Of a DNA stretch of 64,000 nucleotides, positions 19,715 to 30,697 are shown piece after piece. The DNA is from an uncultured bacterium (GTDB lineage Bacteria; Fidelibacterota; Marinisomatia; Marinisomatales; UBA1611). The notes under the pieces are model-generated. The model ran no database searches, was not told where the DNA came from, and saw only the letters and a program-made list of their open reading frames with translations. The position numbers and the translations under genes were made by a program. Each line of letters begins with the position of its first letter. Position 1 is the first letter of the stretch. The stretch is taken from NCBI GenBank assembly GCA_965660855.1, contig CBFIBM010000002.1, positions 32,001-96,000 of the forward strand, read 5' to 3'.

Positions 19715-21796
19715 TTAATATTTATCAAGATTTTTTAAGATAGTTTTAATATTAGTTGTAGGACGTTTACAATTGAAATTATGACATAAATAATATGTTG
19801 TTTTATTATCAATCATGGAATGGCCTTTAACCCATGGAGCAACCTTTTCAAGATCGTTATCAAGTGAGGTATCCTTGAATAAGATAATTTTGTTTGGGTA
19901 ATAAATTAGGTTAATTTTATTTGATAAAGTTCTTATATCAGTTTTTTTACCATCTCCCACAATCACTAATTCAATAGGGTCTTTATGGTCGAACATAAAT
20001 CCTGTAGTCATATGAGAAAATCCAGTTAAAGATTGTTTTGACATATCAGAAAAATATTTTAAGGTATTAACAGCATGTTTTTTATAATCCTGATTCCCAG
20101 TCATTTTTGATAGTCGAAACAAGTTATTTACTGCTACTGAATTCCCAGATGGTATTGCTCCATCATAACTATCTTTGGATCTGATCATTAATTTTTCTGA
20201 ATTTTTAGTTCCAATAAAAAATCCACCATTTTCATCAGAAAAATCAGTGATCATTATTTGAGCTAATTTCACAGCTAGATTAAGGTATTTTACTTCAAAC
20301 GTGGCATCATAAAGGTTCAGGTTACCCCATATAGTAAATGCATAGTCATCTATATGCGGTGCTAATCCGGAAGTACCTAATCTATATCTTTTTAATAACT
20401 TTCCTTTCTTGTCAGTTAATTTTTTATCAATGAAATTAGATGCTTTTTTTGCAGATTCAATTAATGATTCATCTTTTAGAATTAATCCACCATAAGCAAG
20501 AGATGCTATCATAAGTCCATTCCAATCTGTTAAAATTTTATCGTCCTTGAGAGGTCTAATTCTTTTGGAGCGTTCTTTGTATAACTTATTTTTTGAATTT
20601 TTTATAAAGGTTTTCATCAATTCTTCTTTCATCTTATGTGCTTTTGATAAATCTTTTATTGGTCTTGATAAATAAGGAATATTTTTTCCATTAGAGTGAC
20701 CAGTTGATTCGTCAAAAAAATTACCATTCTTTTCAAATCCATAAATTTTTGCAAATTTAGTGCCATTTTCGTCTCCTAATATTTGCTTTATTTCATCAGT
20801 TTTCCAAATATAGTAAGTGCCCTCTTCTCCTTCACTATCAGCATCTTCTGCTGAGAAGAATCCACCCTCCTCATTTGTCATATCTCTTCTAACGTATTCA
20901 AATATTTCCAACGCAACATTAGCATATTCTGGGTTTTTTGTTTTATTAAATGTTTCTAAATATGCAATTGCAAGCATAGCTTGATCATAAAGCATTTTTT
21001 CAAAATGTGGTAAAAACCATTGTTTATCTGTTGAATATCTATGAAAACCTAAACCAATATGATCATAGATTCCACCTCTCCTCATATACTGAAGAGAGGT
21101 TTCAACCATTTTTAGAGATGTAGGGTCTTTATAATAATGGCTAAAGCGAAGTAAAAAAATTAGATTATGGGCAGATGGAAATTTTGGAGCTTTTCCAAAG
21201 CCACCATAATCAGGATCAAATTTACTTGCAAAACTGCTGAATGAGTTTTTTATGATTGTTTCATCCCAATTTTCTCCTGGCTTACTCGTGTTAATTTGAA
21301 CTAAATAATTTTTAACCTTTTCGATTGTATTTTCAATTTCATTTTTTTTATTTATCCATGCATTTTCTAAGCTAGGTAATAATTGAAGCATGCCTGGCCT
21401 CTTCCCAATAGTTTCTTTTGGAAAATATGTTCCAGCAAAAAAGGGATTTTTATCAGGTGACATAACTATGGTGAGTGGCCAACCACCTCTCCCTGTCATT
21501 GCCTGACAAACAGACATATAAAGATGGTCAATTTCAGGCATTTCTTCGCGATCAACTTTAATATTAATAAATTTTTTGTTCATTAATTCTGCTACTGATA
21601 AATCTTGGAAAGATTCATGCTCCATTACATGACACCAATGGCATGTTGAATAACCAATAGACAAAAATATTGGCTTATTTTCTTGTTTTGCTCTTAAAAA
21701 AGCTTCATCACTCCACGGATACCAATCTACTGGATTCGTTGAATGTTGTAATAAATATGGACTTAATGATTTAGAGAGTCGATTTTCACGTTTCAT
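19715..21796 (-). CDS. YyaL/SPATA20-like thioredoxin-domain protein
   Basis: NRL...[43 protein letters not shown]. Confidence 0.93.
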   Translation of the reverse strand: MKRENRLSKSLSPYLLQHSTNPVDWYPWSDEAFLRAKQENKPIFLSIGYSTCHWCHVMEHESFQDLSVAELMNKKFINIKVDREEMPEIDHLYMSVCQAMTGRGGWPLTIVMSPDKNPFFAGTYFPKETIGKRPGMLQLLPSLENAWINKKNEIENTIEKVKNYLVQINTSKPGENWDETIIKNSFSSFASKFDPDYGGFGKAPKFPSAHNLIFLLRFSHYYKDPTSLKMVETSLQYMRRGGIYDHIGLGFHRYSTDKQWFLPHFEKMLYDQAMLAIAYLETFNKTKNPEYANVALEIFEYVRRDMTNEEGGFFSAEDADSEGEEGTYYIWKTDEIKQILGDENGTKFAKIYGFEKNGNFFDESTGHSNGKNIPYLSRPIKDLSKAHKMKEELMKTFIKNSKNKLYKERSKRIRPLKDDKILTDWNGLMIASLAYGGLILKDESLIESAKKASNFIDKKLTDKKGKLLKRYRLGTSGLAPHIDDYAFTIWGNLNLYDATFEVKYLNLAVKLAQIMITDFSDENGGFFIGTKNSEKLMIRSKDSYDGAIPSGNSVAVNNLFRLSKMTGNQDYKKHAVNTLKYFSDMSKQSLTGFSHMTTGFMFDHKDPIELVIVGDGKKTDIRTLSNKINLIYYPNKIILFKDTSLDNDLEKVAPWVKGHSMIDNKTTYYLCHNFNCKRPTTNIKTILKNLDKY

Positions 21797-21925
21797 GATT
21801 TATCAGTTTTATTTTAATAGCAAGTTAATTGTATATATTATTTAATTTTTTGAATGTTTTTTTTATGTAGCACAATAAAAATAATAATTATTTATATATG
21901 GACTTAAACTAAATAAAATTTTTTA

Positions 21926-22906
21926 ATGTTTTTCAAGTTTTTTAAAATAATTTTAATCCTAATGCTTACAACCTCTAATCAATTTGGTATGAATGAGTAT
22001 AGATGTAAACATTGTAATGTAATTATTTTAAAATCCTATATAGTCGTTGATCAAAAAAACTATCATGAGATTTGTTATAATGATTTTATACGACCAAAAT
22101 GTGATTTTTGTAAAAATAATATTATTAACACCTTTACTGAATATAATAGTAAAAAGTATCATCAAAGTTGTTTCATAAATAATATTTTAGAAAAATGTAG
22201 TATATGTAAAAAACCACTAGAGGGTGAATATTTAACAGATTTCTATGATAATAGGTACCACACTTACCACCATAATGACTTGGCTGAATGTTCTAGTTGT
22301 AATAGATTAATATCGCAACAATCCACAAATGGTGGTTTTGATATAAATAAAGACACCAAGATGTGCGCTAAATGTTATCCATATATTATTAATAGGGAAA
22401 ATCAATTATCGAAAATAAATTTAGAAGTACGTAGCTTATTAAGCTCGGTTGGTATTAACAACCTACCTCAACAGATACCTATCACCTTAGTGAAAAATAT
22501 AGAAGAATTGGAAAAGTATTCAGGTAGAAATAATATTTCCATAAAAGGATTTACTTACTATAACAAAACTATGTTGCAAGGAGTTAAAATTAATGAAAAT
22601 ATACACATATATATATTATCTAATTTACATAGTACTGCATTTAAAGCTGTATTAGCACATGAATTAATGCATGTTTTTTTATTTGTAAATAACTACAAAC
22701 TTAGTTCAGATACAATGGAAGGTTTTTGTAACTTAGGTTCTAAATTAATTTATGATAACACTCAAACAGAGTTATCTGATTATTTAACATTAAGTATGTT
22801 TAAAAATAAAGATCCAGATTATGGGATAGGGTTTATTAAAATGAATGAAGCTTTAAAGAAGAAAGGATGGGGGAAATTAATAAAAGAGTTAAATTATTTA
22901 GATTAG
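21926..22906 (+). CDS. DA1-like protein: LIM-type zinc fingers plus zinc metallopeptidase domain
   Basis: Two C-x2-C-x16-H-x2-C units, a C-x2-C-x17-H-x2-H unit, a CSSC...CAKC unit, then AHELMH and EGFC; hydrophobic N-terminus. Confidence 0.8.
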   Translation: MFFKFFKIILILMLTTSNQFGMNEYRCKHCNVIILKSYIVVDQKNYHEICYNDFIRPKCDFCKNNIINTFTEYNSKKYHQSCFINNILEKCSICKKPLEGEYLTDFYDNRYHTYHHNDLAECSSCNRLISQQSTNGGFDINKDTKMCAKCYPYIINRENQLSKINLEVRSLLSSVGINNLPQQIPITLVKNIEELEKYSGRNNISIKGFTYYNKTMLQGVKINENIHIYILSNLHSTAFKAVLAHELMHVFLFVNNYKLSSDTMEGFCNLGSKLIYDNTQTELSDYLTLSMFKNKDPDYGIGFIKMNEALKKKGWGKLIKELNYLD

Positions 22907-22913
22907 TGATTAA

Positions 22914-24455
22914 ATGACATATGTAACAGGAATATTTATATATCTAATACTACTTGTTGCTGTTGGAATTCATAAAGTCAAATCGGTGAAAAATAGTGAA
23001 GACTTTATGGTGGCAGGAAGAAGTTTACCATGGTATATATTAGTTGGAACCTTACTCGCTACCTGGATGGGAAGTGGGTCACTTTTTAGTGGAGCTGGCT
23101 TAGGATTTAGAAATGGTCCCGCGGGGTTATGGTCAAGTGCAGGAGCATGGATTGGTATCGCTTTAATTTATTTCATTGCTAAAAGAATTCGCAATTTTGG
23201 AAAAGTAACTGTCCCAGATATTTTTGAGATACGCTATGGACCTCTTGCCTCTATTTTAGCCACAATAACTACAATAGTTGCTTATACAACTATTGTATCT
23301 TATCAATTCAGAGGTGGAGGGAAAGTACTATCTCTCGTTTCAGATAATTTGATTAGTATGGAACATGGAATAATGATCACAGCTATTTTTGCTATTTCTT
23401 ACACTGTCATGGCTGGAATGTTTTCAGTTGTTTATACTGATGTAATCAATGGTATTTTAATAACTATAGGTACTATATTGGCGTTGATTTTCTTAGTCCA
23501 AAAAGTTGGTGGAGTTAGTGAAGTAATATTAATTGCAGAATCTACTGGTAAATGGGACCTCTTTGGTAATTGGTCCTCTGAGAGGGTAGGTGTTACTTCT
23601 GGACCCTTAATTGCTATCAGCTTTTTTGTACCAACAATGCTATTATTATTAGGTGATGCAAATATGTATCAAAGAATATTTAGCGCTGAAAATAGTAGCT
23701 CTGCAAAAAAAGCAGTATTTTTTTGGATTATTGGAGTGATTGTATTAGAGTCAATTATTTCGCTACTAGGTCTTACAGGTGCAGTTGCTATTGCAAAGGG
23801 ATATATACCAGATATTATATCTCAGGAACAACAGTTATTATCTAGTAAAAATGAATTATCGTTATTGGTGGCGGAACAATCTGCGAGTGAGTCTATTATA
23901 CCTGCAATTGCAAGATATGCAAATCTTCCTACTTTTTTAGGTTTAATTCTAGTATCAACAATGATGGCAATAATTGTTTCTACGGCTGATTCATTTTTAC
24001 TTATTCCAGCTACTAATTTAACAAGAGACGTGTATGTAAAATATATTGATAAAAAAGCTACAGAAAAGAAAATTTTGTTGGTAAGTAGATTTTTGGTATT
24101 ATTTTTGGGCTTAATCTCATATTTATTAGTAAGCCAATTTAAGACTGTACTAAGTGCAGCTTATACAGCTTATAATATTTATGGTACTTCGATTACTCCT
24201 TCTTTACTAGCTGCCTTCTTATGGAGAAGAGCTACAAAGGAAGGGGCAGTGGCTTCCATCATTGCTGGAACTACAACAACAATTATATGGACTTACTTTT
24301 TACCTAACTGGGCTGGCTTTAATAATTTAAATCCTTTTTTAAAAGAAATGACTTACCCCGCGGCAAGTTTATCAATTTTTGCATTAATCATAGGTAGTTT
24401 ATTAACGGAAGCACCCTCTAAAGAGAAGGTTGATCCATTCTTTCATGATAAATAG
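22914..24455 (+). CDS. Sodium:solute symporter family transporter
   Basis: DFMVAGRSL, YQRIFSA, AIIVSTADS; about 13 TM segments. Confidence 0.93.
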   Translation: MTYVTGIFIYLILLVAVGIHKVKSVKNSEDFMVAGRSLPWYILVGTLLATWMGSGSLFSGAGLGFRNGPAGLWSSAGAWIGIALIYFIAKRIRNFGKVTVPDIFEIRYGPLASILATITTIVAYTTIVSYQFRGGGKVLSLVSDNLISMEHGIMITAIFAISYTVMAGMFSVVYTDVINGILITIGTILALIFLVQKVGGVSEVILIAESTGKWDLFGNWSSERVGVTSGPLIAISFFVPTMLLLLGDANMYQRIFSAENSSSAKKAVFFWIIGVIVLESIISLLGLTGAVAIAKGYIPDIISQEQQLLSSKNELSLLVAEQSASESIIPAIARYANLPTFLGLILVSTMMAIIVSTADSFLLIPATNLTRDVYVKYIDKKATEKKILLVSRFLVLFLGLISYLLVSQFKTVLSAAYTAYNIYGTSITPSLLAAFLWRRATKEGAVASIIAGTTTTIIWTYFLPNWAGFNNLNPFLKEMTYPAASLSIFALIIGSLLTEAPSKEKVDPFFHDK

Positions 24456-24498
24456 TTTTTTAAGAATTATTTAATTGATTTATTTTTGAATTATAATT

Positions 24499-25077
24499 TT
24501 ACGATTGATAAGAATCTAAATCTCTTCTGTAATATTCAAATATGAGTCCAGTTTTATTCCAGTTATTTATTTTATCAAGTACTTTTATTTTTCCCTTAAA
24601 ATTATTTGAGATACCTTCGCGAACATGGCCTGTAATATAGAAAATATTTTCTTGTTTTTTGATATAGTTAAGAAAAACCTTTTTTAACATTTTGGCGTAA
24701 CCATTTCTTTTATATTTTTTTTCTATAACAAAAGCATATGTATAAATGGTGTTATTCAATCCAAAATTGACATCTAACCTTGCCCAAGGTTCCATTTTCA
24801 ATTCTTCAAGGGGAACACCAATTATATAGCCGATAATTTCATTTTGATATCGTGCAATAAATGGAATGGACCCAATCTTATTAAAATAAGTATTTATTGT
24901 GGTCTCAGTTAGTTTTGAAGCCTTTCCATAATCTTCTACCAACGATTCTGATATTGCGATCAAAGAATCAAAATCATTTTCACCAATGTATTTTATTAAT
25001 TCAACTTGAAATTGACCTCCCTTAGCAATGATTTTTGTTTTTGATTCTTTACTTTGATTTTTATTTTCTTTTTTCAT
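24499..25077 (-). CDS. GNAT-fold acetyltransferase-like protein
   Basis: IIGYIIG strand and FVIEKKYKRNGYA acetyl-CoA-binding-like motif. Confidence 0.6.
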   Translation of the reverse strand: MKKENKNQSKESKTKIIAKGGQFQVELIKYIGENDFDSLIAISESLVEDYGKASKLTETTINTYFNKIGSIPFIARYQNEIIGYIIGVPLEELKMEPWARLDVNFGLNNTIYTYAFVIEKKYKRNGYAKMLKKVFLNYIKKQENIFYITGHVREGISNNFKGKIKVLDKINNWNKTGLIFEYYRRDLDSYQS

Positions 25078-25174
25078 ATCTAAGTTTATGAAGATGCTCT
25101 TAAAAAAGATATAAACTTAAAATTAAAATAATTGAGTTTTTTGATTTAGTTTTACGATAAGTAAATTAATAAAT

Positions 25175-25969
25175 ATGAAATCTTTCAATTGTAAACTATA
25201 TGAAGACATAAATAAAAAGAATTCTCGACTCTGTGTCGGTTTGGATATCAGTCCAGAAGCTTTGCAAAATAGTAGTCTAAGAAATTTAAAAGAGCACACT
25301 TTTAATGTTATTGATGCAACGAGAGAATTCGCTGTTGCTTATAAACCAAACTTTGCTTTTTTCGAACGTTGGGGCGCAGCGGGTTTTGCTTGGCTTGAAG
25401 AAACAGTTTCATACATTGGAGACAATCACATTAAGATTGCAGATGCAAAAAGAGGGGATATTGGTAATACGGCAAAGCAGTATGCCGAAAGTATTTTTAG
25501 TCATTTTGATTTTGATTGTGTGACGATCAATCCTTACATGGGAAAAGATAGTATAGAACCTTTTTTACATTACAAAGAGAAAGGTGTTTTCATATTATGC
25601 CGGACGTCAAACCCTTCTGCAAAAGATTTCCAAGATAAACTTATAAATGGAAATCCATTATACACAGAAGTTGTACATTTTGCCGATAGCTTAAATAAAT
25701 TTGATAATGTAGGTTTAGTTGTTGGAGCAACAGCACCTGAAGAGCTTCAAAAAATACGTAATTTGTCACCCGAAATACCTCTTTTAATTCCTGGTGTCGG
25801 CTTGCAGGGTGGAGATTTAGCAAACAGTATTGAAGTTTCAAATAAAACAGGCGTAGGCATTGTTAATATATCCCGAGGAATAAGTTTTGTTGGCAGTATG
25901 AAAGAAAAGGAAATCTATAATGCTGCTAAAAATTATTACGAGCAAATAAAAGAGGTCTTGTCCGGATGA
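25175..25969 (+). CDS. pyrF: Orotidine-5'-phosphate decarboxylase
   Basis: [33 protein letters not shown]. Confidence 0.96.
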   Translation: MKSFNCKLYEDINKKNSRLCVGLDISPEALQNSSLRNLKEHTFNVIDATREFAVAYKPNFAFFERWGAAGFAWLEETVSYIGDNHIKIADAKRGDIGNTAKQYAESIFSHFDFDCVTINPYMGKDSIEPFLHYKEKGVFILCRTSNPSAKDFQDKLINGNPLYTEVVHFADSLNKFDNVGLVVGATAPEELQKIRNLSPEIPLLIPGVGLQGGDLANSIEVSNKTGVGIVNISRGISFVGSMKEKEIYNAAKNYYEQIKEVLSG

Positions 25970-26544
25970 ATAATAACGAGAAAATTTTATCCATATTTAG
26001 AGAAACAAATGCATTGTTGGAGGGGCACTTTGTTTTAAGCTCTGGTAGGCATAGTCGTAATTATTTTCAATGTGCAAAAGTTTTACAGCATCCTGAGTAC
26101 TTAACTGCATTTTCAATTATGATTGCTGATGAATTTGAAAAATATAAACCTGATGTTGTGATTTCACCAGCGATAGGAGGAATTGTATTGGGAACTGAGG
26201 TAGGAACTCAAATAGGTTCTAGAACAATTTTTGCTGAAAGGAAAAATGGAGAGATGGTAATAAGAAGAGGATTTTCTATAAATCCAGGAGAAAAAGTCCT
26301 TATCGTTGAGGACGTTATTACCACTGGAGGATCAGTTAACGAGGTTGTAAAAATAATTGAGAAAATGAAAGGTGAAATTATCGGTGTTGGAGTTTTAGTT
26401 GATAGAAGCAATGGAGATGTAAAAATCCATCCGAATCAGTATTCAATAGTAAATTTAAATGTTGAAAGTTTTGATGAATCGGATTTACCTTTCGACTTAT
26501 CTAAAATTCCAATACAAAAACCAGGGAGTAAATACTCAATATGA
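25966..26544 (+). CDS. pyrE: Orotate phosphoribosyltransferase
   Basis: [25 protein letters not shown] motif; follows pyrF. Confidence 0.96.
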   Translation: MNNNEKILSIFRETNALLEGHFVLSSGRHSRNYFQCAKVLQHPEYLTAFSIMIADEFEKYKPDVVISPAIGGIVLGTEVGTQIGSRTIFAERKNGEMVIRRGFSINPGEKVLIVEDVITTGGSVNEVVKIIEKMKGEIIGVGVLVDRSNGDVKIHPNQYSIVNLNVESFDESDLPFDLSKIPIQKPGSKYSI

Positions 26545-27212
26545 AAAAGATAATACCACTTATACTCATTTTGGGCTTAATTGAAATGAGTTGTGGAGAA
26601 ACTAAAAAAGAAGGTTCAAAAAAAGTGATGTCAAATAATATAATAGAATCAAATGATGTAGAAAAGGTAAAGGAAAAACAAGGAAGAGATGTAGCTATTA
26701 TATCTACTTTTTATGGTGATATGGTGGTTGAATTTTTCGAAACTAGTGCACCAAAACATGTTGAGAGCTTCAAAGAACATGTAAAAAACGGATATTATGA
26801 TGGAACTATTTTCCATCGTGTTATACCTGGATTTATGATACAAGGTGGTGACCCAAATACAAAAGGTGATAACAAAGCTATATATGGAACAGGAGGACAC
26901 GCGGCAAAATATTTCGGCATCGGCAAAGAAAGTGAAAATTCTACATGGAATTTACCTGCAGAATTTTCTAAAATAAGTCACAAGCGAGGTATATTATCAA
27001 TGGCGCGCTCAACTGACCCAAACAGTGGTGGTAGTCAATTTTTTATCTGTGCTGCTGATGCTCCTCATCTAGACGGACAATATACGGTTTTTGGTCAAGT
27101 TATAGAGGGTGACAATGTCATTGATCAAATTGTTAATTTGCCTAGAGATGGAAGAGATAATCCAAATAGAAGAGTAGAAATGAAGGTCAAGTTAGATAAA
27201 AGAACTGAATGA
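26541..27212 (+). CDS. Cyclophilin-type peptidyl-prolyl isomerase, probable lipoprotein
   Basis: [36 protein letters not shown]-terminal signal ending MSC. Confidence 0.93.
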   Translation: MKKIIPLILILGLIEMSCGETKKEGSKKVMSNNIIESNDVEKVKEKQGRDVAIISTFYGDMVVEFFETSAPKHVESFKEHVKNGYYDGTIFHRVIPGFMIQGGDPNTKGDNKAIYGTGGHAAKYFGIGKESENSTWNLPAEFSKISHKRGILSMARSTDPNSGGSQFFICAADAPHLDGQYTVFGQVIEGDNVIDQIVNLPRDGRDNPNRRVEMKVKLDKRTE

Positions 27213-28099
27213 GTTTTCCGCATCTAGGCATCGCATTGAGCGGTGGGGGTGCTAGAGGAGCTGCACATATAGGTGTTCTACAAGGTCTTCAAAAATCTAA
27301 AGTAAAAATTAGCGTCATATCGGGTGTAAGTGCTGGGTCTGTAATCGGTGCAATGTATGCAATCGATGGAGATGCAAAATGGGTTGAGATTCAATATAGA
27401 AATGTACTAAATAAATATATTTCATCTAGCAAAATGATGAAATATGCAAATGTTCATTTATGGTCAGATTCGGGAATTTCAAAAATAAAACATTTTTTAT
27501 ATCAGCACTTTCTCCAAATTATAAGGTTATACAGAAATTCAATTATAAGTAAGGATTTATTAAAAAAGATTATTTCTGAACTATTACCAGTAAAAACATT
27601 TGAAGAATTGAAAATTCCGTTAAAAGTATGTGTTACTGATCTAAATTCGGCAAAAAGTATAGTATATGAGAATGGAAATTTAATTGAACCTCTAGTAAAA
27701 AGTTGTAGCATACCGGGAGTAATAGAGCCAACAATAGAAGGTGAAAGGGTTCTTGTCGATGGTGGTATTCTTACTCCTATTCCTATATCAGTTCTAAAAA
27801 ATGAGTGTAACTTTATTATTGCTGTAAATATTCCCCAAAATAAATATTCAATGTTAAATACCAAATCCAAAATGTATGATCTTAAAGGAAGAGCTGATTT
27901 AATTATTTCAAATCGATTAAAGTTCATTGAAACAAAAGATGCTGATTTCGTATTTAACCCAGATACGATGGGAACCCATTGGTCTAATTTCCAAAAATTT
28001 GAAGATTTAGTAAAATCAGGTAAAAATGAAGTAAAAATTAAAATAGAAAAATTAGAAAGTGCAATTTTATTGGGTAAAAATAATATAAATAAAGAATAG
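27209..28099 (+). CDS. Patatin-like phospholipase
   Basis: LSGGGARG, GVSAG (GxSxG), DGG. Confidence 0.93.
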   Translation: MSFPHLGIALSGGGARGAAHIGVLQGLQKSKVKISVISGVSAGSVIGAMYAIDGDAKWVEIQYRNVLNKYISSSKMMKYANVHLWSDSGISKIKHFLYQHFLQIIRLYRNSIISKDLLKKIISELLPVKTFEELKIPLKVCVTDLNSAKSIVYENGNLIEPLVKSCSIPGVIEPTIEGERVLVDGGILTPIPISVLKNECNFIIAVNIPQNKYSMLNTKSKMYDLKGRADLIISNRLKFIETKDADFVFNPDTMGTHWSNFQKFEDLVKSGKNEVKIKIEKLESAILLGKNNINKE

Positions 28100-28130
28100 T
28101 TGAGTTAAATCACAAATCCACTTACCTTTC

Positions 28131-30083
28131 GTGTCCTTAAAAACTATAATTAATTTGAAAAATACACTATACTTACCATTTTTATTTTGTTTGCTTTTTT
28201 CGCAAAGTGACCAAAACCCTGTAGAATTTCACACATCATCGATGGCCGTTGCAAGAGCAGGAGAGGTCATAAATATTAAAATAAATGCAAAAATGGATAA
28301 GCAATGGCATATTTATTCCATCTATAAATCAAGTGAAGGACCTTTGCCTACAGAAATTTCAGTATCGGGTAAAGCTGTCGGTCAAATTGCTCCAATCCAA
28401 GAACCAGAACCTGTTTATCTTTATGATCCGGGATTTGAAACAGATACTTATTATCATGAAGGAGATACTGAATTTATTTTACCATTAAGGTTGAAAAGAA
28501 ATTTGCCACCAGGATCATATGAGATATATTTAGATATATTCTATATGGTTTGTAATGAGAGACTTTGTTACCCTCCGATGACAAAAACAGATACTCTTTT
28601 TATTGCAATAGAATCAGGAGAACCTAGAGATGAATTCAAAACTTTTTCTTCAATTAAAGCAATTAATGATAATAATATAAATAACAATGAAAACTCTCTC
28701 TTAGGAATTTTACTACTTGCTATTGGTGGGGCTATTCTTAGTTGGGTCATGCCGTGTGTTTACCCTATGATACCTATTATCATATCATTTTTTGGAAAAA
28801 TGTCTGAAGAAAAACATGTTGGTAAAAATACAATTGCATTTATTTATGGATTAGGTATTTCTGGTACATTTGTTCTTATTGGATTACTTGTAGGTTTTTT
28901 ATCGTGGGGATTAGAGGATGTTGGAGCTCAAGCAAAAAATGCAAATATTGGAAATTTCATTGCAACAAATCCATGGATAAATTTATTTTTAGGATTCCTA
29001 TTTATATTTTTTGCACTATGGATGTTTGGAATTATAAATGTAAATGTAGCTGGAAGCTTAGTAAACAAAACGGATAAAGCAGGTCAGTCCGCAAAAAGTG
29101 CTTATTTAGGGGCTTTTGTACTCGGAGTTACTTTTGCTATTACAAGTTTTAGTTGCACTGTGCCTGTTGTAGGTACACTACTTGTTGTTGCGGCAGCAGG
29201 TACAACTGGGGGTATACTAACTAGCCTTTATGGAATGATAGTTTATGGGATTATTTTTGCTGCCCCATTTGTTGCCCTGTCCTTATTTCCAAGGGCTCTT
29301 GAAAAGCTTCCAAACTCAGGTTCTTGGATGGAAACAATGAAAATAGTTTTTGGTTTTATTGAAATTGCTGCAGCCATTAAATTTTTGTGGGTACCAGATT
29401 TAGAATGGGGGTTAGGTTTGCTCCCAAGAAACATAGTCCTAATTCTATTTCTTTTAATTGGATTTATTCTTATTGCATATTTACTTGGATTTTTTAAGAT
29501 AGGCTTAGTAGAAAATGTTCAACTTTTAAAAGTTGGTAAAGGCAGGATTGTTACTATTATTTTATGTCTTTTTACTCTTTATCCAATTGCTAAATCTCTA
29601 GCCTCTGCACCAACGTACCACTACTCTGAGATGCCACGTCTCATTGATGAGCTTCTTGAGGCTCTATTACCACCACCACCAACTGATGATGAAATTGCGA
29701 TAAAAGAAGGGTGGTACGTCGATGATTACGATGGTGCTTTAGAAAGAGCTAAGAAAGAGGGGAAGCCATTGTTCATTGACTTTACCGGGGTTTATTGTGC
29801 AAATTGCAGAGTGATGGAGAGAAGAGTTTTCCCAACAGAATCTGTAAAAAAGCAATTTGATAAAATGATTTTAACTAGACTTTATGTCGATAAAAAAGAT
29901 AGTCTTAGCCAGGTATATGCCAAGTTACAGTTTGAAAAATACAAACAAGCAACCCAGCCATATTATGTATTGCTTGATCCCAAAGATGAAACTACTTTAG
30001 TTGATACTGGGGGTTATGTACCCAATGGATTTTCGAACTTTTTAGAAAAAGGAATGAATAAATTTCATTCCTTAAATAAATAA
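28131..30083 (+). CDS. dsbD: DsbD-type thiol:disulfide interchange protein
   Basis: N-domain CNERLC, TM cysteines in MPCVYP and FSCTVP, C-terminal thioredoxin YCANC. Confidence 0.88.
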   Translation: MSLKTIINLKNTLYLPFLFCLLFSQSDQNPVEFHTSSMAVARAGEVINIKINAKMDKQWHIYSIYKSSEGPLPTEISVSGKAVGQIAPIQEPEPVYLYDPGFETDTYYHEGDTEFILPLRLKRNLPPGSYEIYLDIFYMVCNERLCYPPMTKTDTLFIAIESGEPRDEFKTFSSIKAINDNNINNNENSLLGILLLAIGGAILSWVMPCVYPMIPIIISFFGKMSEEKHVGKNTIAFIYGLGISGTFVLIGLLVGFLSWGLEDVGAQAKNANIGNFIATNPWINLFLGFLFIFFALWMFGIINVNVAGSLVNKTDKAGQSAKSAYLGAFVLGVTFAITSFSCTVPVVGTLLVVAAAGTTGGILTSLYGMIVYGIIFAAPFVALSLFPRALEKLPNSGSWMETMKIVFGFIEIAAAIKFLWVPDLEWGLGLLPRNIVLILFLLIGFILIAYLLGFFKIGLVENVQLLKVGKGRIVTIILCLFTLYPIAKSLASAPTYHYSEMPRLIDELLEALLPPPPTDDEIAIKEGWYVDDYDGALERAKKEGKPLFIDFTGVYCANCRVMERRVFPTESVKKQFDKMILTRLYVDKKDSLSQVYAKLQFEKYKQATQPYYVLLDPKDETTLVDTGGYVPNGFSNFLEKGMNKFHSLNK

Positions 30084-30099
30084 TAAAAAATATTATAAT

Positions 30100-30672
30100 A
30101 TGAAATACAATTTTAAAATAAAATATAACGAATTATTAAAAATATTGACTTTATTTCTATTTGTTTCTTGCGATAACAGCACAGCACAGCAAAAAAAGAA
30201 TGAAAAAGTAAATAAAACCAATAATAAACAATTAATCAAAGCTCCAGAATTTACTTTAGCTGACTTAGAAGGGAACCTTGTGACATTAAGTGACCTAAAA
30301 GGAAAAGTAGTAATGTTGAACTTTTGGGGTACATGGTGTGGCCCATGTAGAAGAGAAATACCAGATTTTGTTAAATTAATTGACAAACATCAGGATTCAG
30401 GACTTGAAATATTAGGTGTAACATTATCTTCAGGCTCACCAGAAAATATTCAATCTTTTGCAGATCAATGGAATATTAATTATACTCTATTAACCGATAT
30501 CAATAAGAATGAAACACAAGTAGTAACAAGTTTATATGGGCAGGTTACAGGACAGCCTATCACAGGAATACCAACAACTTTTATTATTGACAAAGAAGGT
30601 TATATAAGGCAAAAATACGTTGGTCCTAGATCCGAAAAAGTCTTTTTTAAGGACATAAAGCCCCTTCTCTAA
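30100..30672 (+). CDS. TlpA-family thioredoxin-like lipoprotein
   Basis: FVSC lipobox, APEFTL, NFWGTWCGPC, GIPTTFIID. Confidence 0.92.
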   Translation: MKYNFKIKYNELLKILTLFLFVSCDNSTAQQKKNEKVNKTNNKQLIKAPEFTLADLEGNLVTLSDLKGKVVMLNFWGTWCGPCRREIPDFVKLIDKHQDSGLEILGVTLSSGSPENIQSFADQWNINYTLLTDINKNETQVVTSLYGQVTGQPITGIPTTFIIDKEGYIRQKYVGPRSEKVFFKDIKPLL

Positions 30673-30697
30673 TCTTAAAATTATTAATAAAATAGGT

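Noticed and set aside
29670..29681. (CCA)4 microsatellite in dsbD
   Set aside because: Encodes an in-frame PPPP linker; too short to suggest phase variation.
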